From a bacterium (lineage in GTDB: Bacteria; UBA9089; CG2-30-40-21; SBAY01), in contig JBFLYA010000015.1 in NCBI GenBank assembly GCA_040757115.1, forward strand, positions 1 through 32,333: 32,333 nucleotides of DNA, written 5' to 3'. Under the pieces are notes generated by a model that was not told where the DNA came from, did not search any database, and saw nothing but the letters and a program-made list of their open reading frames with translations. Of the stretch, positions 26,701-32,333 are shown piece after piece (within the stretch, counting starts at the first letter, position 1; each line of letters begins with the position of its first letter). Made by a program: the position numbers and the translations under genes.

Positions 26701-29700
26701 GGATCATTTATTGGGTCACTACCAGTGTAATTTAATATCCCCTTTGCTATCACTCTATCCAACTTATCATATCTATATTCTACCCAATTACCTGCCTTTT
26801 TCTGTTCGGCATCTCGACTAAACCTTAAATTGCCATTTAAGTCATATTGATACTCCCTCCTTCCACTGTCTAAATGGTCCACAGCAAGTAATCTATTCAA
26901 TGTGTCATAAGTATATTTAGTCTCATGGCCATCTTTGTCTTGAATTATAGTCAGGTTGTCTAATATATCATAGGTATAATTAGTAGTAAGATTATAAGTC
27001 TCTCCTTCGTCCGGAGAGTCTTCCTCTACTTTAACTAACCTACCTAATTTATCAAATGTAGTTCTCTTATAATGACCATTTTCATCTTTAGTGGTTACCA
27101 GATGGAATCCAGCATTATCATTCCTATGGGTAATAGTCACCACGCCAGTGGGCTCTGGATAGATAATCTTGTAAGTTCTAAATAATGAATCATAGTGATA
27201 TTCCGTATAGGTATTTGGTCCTTCTGATTCAATGTAAGGAGAATATTCCTTTTTTATCTTTCCAATCTCGTTATATTCAACCTTACTACATACACTTTCC
27301 CCTGAAGAGGTATAATTTATTGTAACATCAAGTAGTTCCTCACTTGCTGTGGAAACACATCCTTCCAGATATACCTTCCAGCGCAAGTATCTTTTAACTG
27401 GTGAATTAATAATTCCTACAAATTTACCATTTTGCCAGTGTCCCGTTACTTCCTGAGCTTTTGATTCCTCCCAGGTAAACTCACTCGTATCACTACTTTG
27501 GGTTTTAATTTTAATCGATATCATAGGCAGTCCGTGAAAATCTACATTTGCAGAAAAAGTCCCATAATTATGCAATGTAGAACCAAAATCAATCAATGGA
27601 GAAAGAAGTGAACCTAAAGAGACATAGATTAAACCACTAAGATTGAAAGAAAAAGAGGGATTTGAAGGGCCATGCCAGCCATCCCCATCCATATCTTCAA
27701 AAGCAAATGTCCTAAGAATTATCTTATTTGAATCTAGACTAACTAACCCACAATAATTTGAATCTTGACTTGACCACCATGGATTAGATGCACCAACGCC
27801 ATTAGAAGAATAACTTTTAATCTGGGGAGAAGATATAAAAGAGGGAAAGAAAACATATTCCATTGTATATTCATGCACATCTTGATTAGTCCACAGTCTC
27901 CCATCAAAAAACTGTTTATTTCGATGGCCACATACGCGTTCACTTGTTTTTCTAAGCCCACTCTGGGCTATTTCTTTGGTAACAATACTTCTTTTAACAG
28001 TTCCTGAATTGGTTATATCAATTCCTTCACCTGCACATCCCTTCCATTCTGTTTTATTGTTCCATGTCTTTGTGTGAGATATAATTGTATTTGTATCATT
28101 TGTTTTTGTTTTAGTTTTTATCAATTGCCCCAGTCCATTATAATATTTAGTGGTTTCTTTTTTTATTTCATTATTTATCTTTTCAGAGATGATAATCCTA
28201 TTCAAATCATCATCAGAGGAAAAGTTTCCATAATGATAACTATATTGAATAGTTGGAGAATCAAGGGTATCTTCTGGCTTTATTATTTTCTCTAATCTAC
28301 CAAAGATATTATATCTATAAATAGTCGAATTCCCATTAGCATCTGTTAAAGTATCTATATCTCCATTCTCATTATAATATGTATCTACATAATGTCCTAA
28401 GGCATTTTTAATACTGGTACAATAGGCATGTTTTAATTCACTGGCACTATTACTTCTTGGATTATCATTATCACCAAAATAGTAATAGGTAGAATTGCCA
28501 TTAGCATCCGTTTTTTGTAAAAGATTACCATAGGCGTCATAGTCAACATAAGTAGTAGTACATGTATTCTCTCCAGCATCATATTCTTTATCTCCATCTT
28601 TATCTAACCACCTATATTCTGACACTGGATATATCTGAATTCCTTCAGTATCATCAAAATCTTTATATAAAGTAATCCTTCTATTTGCTAATGTATAATT
28701 GTTAAGTTTTTGGTCTTGGATTGTTACTGTCCCTACTTGATTTATCATATGTTTATTTTTCATATCATCATAATATTGAAATGCATAGGTGTTTTGTGTT
28801 ACTCTATTTCCATCATTTCCATGTTCGGTCATAGTTCCCACTAAACCATTTATTGGATTATAGAGATAATTTATCTCTTGATATGTGCTTACGGTTCCAA
28901 TTGTAACATTTCCAGATGCAGACCAAGTAAAAACTACACCTTCTGGAGGGTTTGGATACCACTCTTGAATCCAATCTCCAGCAATATCGTATATATCCTT
29001 TAACACATAACATTTTGCTTTAAAACCATCTGTTCTATTTTCTATAACCTGCATTCCTCCCCAATAATTATTTGCACTAACAGATAGTTGTGGTGGTTCG
29101 TTAAAGGTTATACCATAGGAGACATCTACTATTGCCCAAACATTGTAGATAGCTAACTCAACCCACCAGATACTTACCTTTTTATTAGAGCGTTCTTCTT
29201 GAGCCCCTCTACTTCCGTTCTTACTTCCCGAAAGATATCTTGTTTCAATACTCTCTACCCCATTATATGCAGTTTTATAGGTATTTAATTTTGCCCAACC
29301 ACTGGTTAATTTTTCCTTTCCACCACTCCATGTAGCCTGGTCTTCAAAGGTATATTTATTTTCAACTATTTTAATCGCTTTATCTTCCTGGGTGTAATAA
29401 GTTATCTTTGTTAATAATCCCCGTCTATAATCCATATCATATTGCCATTCATCGCCTTCATTAGGATGGGTATAGGCATTTGTAAATTCATGAACACTAT
29501 ATCCAGAAGGTCTGGCTGTAGAATTATTAGAGTCATAGCCTGGAATGACAGTAACCTTACAGTAACCTACATAACTGTCAGCTTCATGACTACCAATATA
29601 AATTCTGTCATTAAGTGACTCACAAGGAGGAGGTTCTATAGGTGTAGCACCACTACTTTCTCCATAATTATTGGCATCTCCATCCCCTTCCTCTAAATCA

Positions 29701-31643
29701 TAACCCTTTACATTATATAGATATCTAACAATTTGTTTGTTTCCAAGACCATCTGAGATGGTTATCGTTTTTACCCTTATTCCACCCCCATATTGAGTTC
29801 TATAATCATTATCTATAACTCCCCATAATCCCTCATTTCTACCAGTTCCTGCCGCTTTATTTCCTACATGGGCGTATCTATCTGACTCATACTCCCATTC
29901 AATTGTTCCACCAGTAGGATAAATTACCTTTGTTAAAGACCATGCCTGAGGAATAATATTTTCCAGTCTACAACTGGAATTATGATTATCTATTGAACCA
30001 TTGGAATAATAATAACCCCAGCGATCCCATTTATACTTATCCCAGGTTGGATTTTGGGAATAATATTCAAATCTTGTTGGAGGTAAAGCATTACCTCCAT
30101 TTTTGCCTCCTCTACCATATTCTGTAATTTTTGATAAGGTTAACTTGCCTACAGGGGATTCAGGAGCACCAGAACATAACGGATTGGAATTATTATATTC
30201 GCAATAAATACTCTTAATAATCTCAGAAGAATTATTTTTATTATATAATTGTATTTCTGCTAACTTCATAGGAGGGTGGTTACTTCCATTAGAAGTTGCT
30301 ACAAAAGATGCTTTATGTGTAGGTGTTTCTATTGAAGTCAGATGAGCTAATTCTCTTTTGCCCCATGAGGAAAAATATGTTTTAAACCCTTTATCATTTC
30401 TACCTTCATATTCCCCTCCATCAGAGGGATTATGAAAATTATACTCACCATCAACTTGATAATTAAACTTAACCCAGTTACCTTTATCATCCCCACCATT
30501 ATCAGGAATTAAATCTCCATTACCATCAATATAATCTGGAGAAAGAATAGCTGTTAATAGCCATTTATATGGGTATGGGTCAAGGAATTCTGTTTTAAGC
30601 CTTCCTTTTGTATCTATATCATCTATAATTCCAGGTACTTTCCCCTCAAATCTTGTCTGCCACCCTCCAGATTTTACTAAGAGTGGTTGAGCATAAACAT
30701 ATTTGGTACCATCTTTTTCGGTAATAACAAATTTTTTTATCCCGTTAGAAATAGATGCAGACAATTCATACTCTATCCTTACAGCATCATCCACTTCAGA
30801 ATTAGAAGATGTTTGTCCACATGTACGTTGTAGATGGAACTTTCTACTATTAGGACTTCCACTTAATACCAATTTATTGCTCTTACCTATTCCTGAAAGA
30901 TAATATAAATCAGGTGTTGCTCCATCTCGAGGGTCTTCATCCTCTAAATTATGATGGTTGGTATATAAAAATCCACCATCTGAAAACTTTTGATCACGAA
31001 TATCTATATCTGTTTCTCCTACACTCACACTTCGACCAGAAACATAAGGTTTTATTTCAGTCCCATCATTATTACCCCAACTTACACTAAAACCCATTCC
31101 TCCACTAATAAAAAATTGGAAAATTCCCTCGATTATTTGTTCATACCACTTCCTGGGACCAACTTCTATTTGTCTAAAGAAGTGTACATTTTCTTTCCCT
31201 TTCCAGTAATCATCAGGCCAACTTACTACCTCTCTTGTAATAACTCCTGGACATAAATCAAATCCTAATCCTACCCACGATGCCATTTGATTGACTCTAA
31301 TTCCTGCCTTGTAAGTTAGTTCAACAGGATAATCTAATTCTCCTCGACCAGGTACTGTAAATAGTGGAATCTTCAGGTTCATATCGCCAGTATAAAGATC
31401 AACTGTAGATTCATCCAGACTAATACCCTTTGGAGTAAAATTATAGATTTCTGGTTCACTGCCAAAAACTACCTGAGTTCCTACTACCCATGTTGAGACA
31501 CAAATAAAGCAGGCAATTAATTTTAGCCTGCTTAAAAAACTTAAAACCCATTTTAACATCAATTCCCACCCTCCACTTAAAACTCCTTTCATTCCGTAAC
31601 CTCTCTCTCTCTTATACTTACAACTCTTATTTTGTTTTAACAT
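23766..31643 (-). CDS. giant Rhs/YD-repeat polymorphic toxin with C-terminal PD-(D/E)xK nuclease (Tox-REase-9-like)
   Basis: YD repeats; core GFTGKRFDEKTGLYYYGARYY and NPYAYGINNPLKYVDPDG; tip H...KEFRLPSGKKVDFID...IYELKPNN...QL..Y; start may be 31643, 31592 or 31559. Confidence 0.92.
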   Translation of the reverse strand: MLKQNKSCKYKRERGYGMKGVLSGGWELMLKWVLSFLSRLKLIACFICVSTWVVGTQVVFGSEPEIYNFTPKGISLDESTVDLYTGDMNLKIPLFTVPGRGELDYPVELTYKAGIRVNQMASWVGLGFDLCPGVITREVVSWPDDYWKGKENVHFFRQIEVGPRKWYEQIIEGIFQFFISGGMGFSVSWGNNDGTEIKPYVSGRSVSVGETDIDIRDQKFSDGGFLYTNHHNLEDEDPRDGATPDLYYLSGIGKSNKLVLSGSPNSRKFHLQRTCGQTSSNSEVDDAVRIEYELSASISNGIKKFVITEKDGTKYVYAQPLLVKSGGWQTRFEGKVPGIIDDIDTKGRLKTEFLDPYPYKWLLTAILSPDYIDGNGDLIPDNGGDDKGNWVKFNYQVDGEYNFHNPSDGGEYEGRNDKGFKTYFSSWGKRELAHLTSIETPTHKASFVATSNGSNHPPMKLAEIQLYNKNNSSEIIKSIYCEYNNSNPLCSGAPESPVGKLTLSKITEYGRGGKNGGNALPPTRFEYYSQNPTWDKYKWDRWGYYYSNGSIDNHNSSCRLENIIPQAWSLTKVIYPTGGTIEWEYESDRYAHVGNKAAGTGRNEGLWGVIDNDYRTQYGGGIRVKTITISDGLGNKQIVRYLYNVKGYDLEEGDGDANNYGESSGATPIEPPPCESLNDRIYIGSHEADSYVGYCKVTVIPGYDSNNSTARPSGYSVHEFTNAYTHPNEGDEWQYDMDYRRGLLTKITYYTQEDKAIKIVENKYTFEDQATWSGGKEKLTSGWAKLNTYKTAYNGVESIETRYLSGSKNGSRGAQEERSNKKVSIWWVELAIYNVWAIVDVSYGITFNEPPQLSVSANNYWGGMQVIENRTDGFKAKCYVLKDIYDIAGDWIQEWYPNPPEGVVFTWSASGNVTIGTVSTYQEINYLYNPINGLVGTMTEHGNDGNRVTQNTYAFQYYDDMKNKHMINQVGTVTIQDQKLNNYTLANRRITLYKDFDDTEGIQIYPVSEYRWLDKDGDKEYDAGENTCTTTYVDYDAYGNLLQKTDANGNSTYYYFGDNDNPRSNSASELKHAYCTSIKNALGHYVDTYYNENGDIDTLTDANGNSTIYRYNIFGRLEKIIKPEDTLDSPTIQYSYHYGNFSSDDDLNRIIISEKINNEIKKETTKYYNGLGQLIKTKTKTNDTNTIISHTKTWNNKTEWKGCAGEGIDITNSGTVKRSIVTKEIAQSGLRKTSERVCGHRNKQFFDGRLWTNQDVHEYTMEYVFFPSFISSPQIKSYSSNGVGASNPWWSSQDSNYCGLVSLDSNKIILRTFAFEDMDGDGWHGPSNPSFSFNLSGLIYVSLGSLLSPLIDFGSTLHNYGTFSANVDFHGLPMISIKIKTQSSDTSEFTWEESKAQEVTGHWQNGKFVGIINSPVKRYLRWKVYLEGCVSTASEELLDVTINYTSSGESVCSKVEYNEIGKIKKEYSPYIESEGPNTYTEYHYDSLFRTYKIIYPEPTGVVTITHRNDNAGFHLVTTKDENGHYKRTTFDKLGRLVKVEEDSPDEGETYNLTTNYTYDILDNLTIIQDKDGHETKYTYDTLNRLLAVDHLDSGRREYQYDLNGNLRFSRDAEQKKAGNWVEYRYDKLDRVIAKGILNYTGSDPINDPKVNNPQSSEDFIQKVSYTYDQGINGTGNRTNMIDDVGVTNYSYDRCNRLIQQRRKINGVGQTYTTTYHYNSAGNIDWIITPSNKKIIYSYNIFNRVDFIEVEGLNKIVEKYLYEPNGDISSITYNNQFITNYDYYPRGWMKKVTVVKTSPIFHRYYKYEPAGNLKEEYNELVQTNTPFVVYDYDSIDRLISIDYNPTSNLKIEYDYDEIGNRTWSRVQDSSGTSIRNYTYYASHPNRLISDNLYNYTYYDNGNLKSKSYNGITFTYLYDYENRLVEVNQDGKWLEGYVYDGDGKRVKKFTNDGTITLVALYHYNAGGEIIYEENFSTKTVQSVVLFKDNFETLPEPNVWTTTGLWHRAQGKGYNSNYSFAYNNGSNYNTGGRNSGILTSPTIDLTKVTTAKLRFWTRWQHESYSYGDYDNIKVEVWDGKSWNRIFYNDCNEGQASTNWHEELLDISAYAGKLIKVRFCFDTVDGWYNDYEGWYIDNVRVEPSSFNADFEKEEAPQDNLWLYDGLWNRSKTKNYSSQYCFAYNNGTNYDTGRNRNFGALTSPFIDLTTVNNATLKFKTRWQHESYSYGDYDNMRVEIYDGISWHRIFYNDCNEGPCYKDWHEESFDISPYTINNIKLKFSFDTVDGWYNDYEGWYIDDIEIITISEDFQQLKTIDITSLTPIDNIFYIHANEQVIARVEHPLPSTKYQTYYYHNDYLGSPRVITNSLDDNYTTQDYYPFGGKASPGSAYKIGFTGKRFDEKTGLYYYGARYYNSELGRFIISDPAIERVPSQRILREPQRLNPYAYGINNPLKYVDPDGEAAETVWDVTSLGVGVVEFAMAPSWIGAGAIIVDLGATFIPGVPGGAGVALKTARAGEKAAEKIGAALKAVKSGERGIANPKVAEAIAKGRAIHKLFKADEVLEGIRIKEFRLPSGKKVDFIDLEKKIIYELKPNNPSAIKLGEKQLQNYLKEVESLYGSGWKTILETY

Positions 31644-31692
31644 TTTTTAATACCCCCTTTTTCAAAAATAATAAAATAAAAAAGGTAATATC

Positions 31693-31910
31693 TGTGATTC
31701 AGACACTGGACATCAGACACAAGACTATAGACTCTATTTATGCAGGAAATTAGTGACATCTAGGAACTCATCCTCAAAACTTCACTCCCTGAATTTTTTC
31801 TAAGCCATACCTACAGAAGTATAGGCAGGTCTCCCACGCCTTCATTCTTCTGCAATTTCTGCCCGCTTTAGTCTGAAGTCTGATGTCTATAGTCTACTGT
31901 CTGAATCACA
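31693..31910. repeat. inverted-repeat module with CAGAC/TAGAC heptamer-like arms
   Basis: TGTGATTCAGAC (31693-31704) and GTCTGAATCACA (31899-31910) plus inner tandem units. Confidence 0.75.
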
Positions 31911-31941
31911 CAGAAATGTGTTATTTAAGTTTATAAAATTA

Positions 31942-31970
31942 TATATAACACACAAATAGAGTTTTGTCAA
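31942..31970 (-). promoter_or_regulatory. candidate sigma70 promoter for rhs
   Basis: TTGACA-17 nt-TATATA with extended TGn; TATAAT 4 nt further on. Confidence 0.45.
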
Positions 31971-31987
31971 GTGTTTTTTTGAGGGTG

Positions 31988-32124
31988 CAGAAATTCTCGG
32001 TGAAAAATTAGATAGAGGCTCATTATCCCTTATTTTTCTCTCAAAATGTTTACGAAAAATATTTTTTTCTATCTCTCCTAAACATAGATGAATTCAGTCT
32101 CTAAAAATTCACCGAGAATTGCTG
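31988..32124. mobile_element. short MITE-like element
   Basis: Perfect 13-bp IR AATTCTCGGTGAA (31992-32004) / TTCACCGAGAATT (32108-32120) within about 25-bp imperfect CAG-ended TIRs. Confidence 0.55.
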
Positions 32125-32333
32125 GTATAATACTTTTATATTTCAAAGATATTAAAAAAGATTTATAAAAAGTCATCCAGACTACCTGATATATGATATA
32201 ATCCTGAAATCGGCAAGTAGCTGAGTAAAAAGGGGAGAGGGGGGTGAAAAAGAAGGTTATTTTGACAAATTTGGAAGGGAATTAAGGAGAAGATGAAGGG
32301 AATTAGATAACGGATAGAAAAGAGATGGGATTA

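Noticed and set aside
31735-31870. Four-helix-bundle remnant in the loop (AEIAEE*RR on the minus strand)
   Set aside because: Similarity to the ANIAEG motif is too short to call
1-32333. tRNA/rRNA genes, transposase or integrase genes
   Set aside because: None recognised in the window

Overview
AT-rich window from a diderm bacterium, with one 100-N scaffold gap at 4363-4462. (1) 1-5224 holds the end of a type I-B CRISPR-Cas locus: cas4 3' end, an inserted small-ORF + nucleotidyltransferase pair, cas1, cas2, leader and an array of at least 44 repeats. The last repeat is truncated and fused to a pbpC 3' fragment. (2) 5813-9441 is a minus-strand PTS cluster (EIIC, EIID, HPr, EI). (3) 9804-19974 is a minus-strand type II secretion/pseudopilus operon (gspD,E,F,G,H,I,J,K, PilM/N-like, PilO/GspM-like, GspC-like). 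(4) 20612-31643 encodes an OM beta-barrel, an exported protein, an orphan attC site, a DUF4304-like immunity gene and a 2.6k-aa signal-peptide Rhs toxin with a REase-type tip. The most unusual signal is non-coding. Small modules built from inverted 7-9-nt tandem repeats, some carrying decayed four-helix-bundle or GxxExxY genes, occupy most larger intergenic gaps. They also appear as in-frame heptamer tracts inside three T2SS genes. In the gspD 5' UTR they form an ordered array of five cassettes joined at a recurring TTCYCCTGAAAAT junction that coincides with the ribosome-binding site. Family assignments are by motif recognition only; no database search was run.
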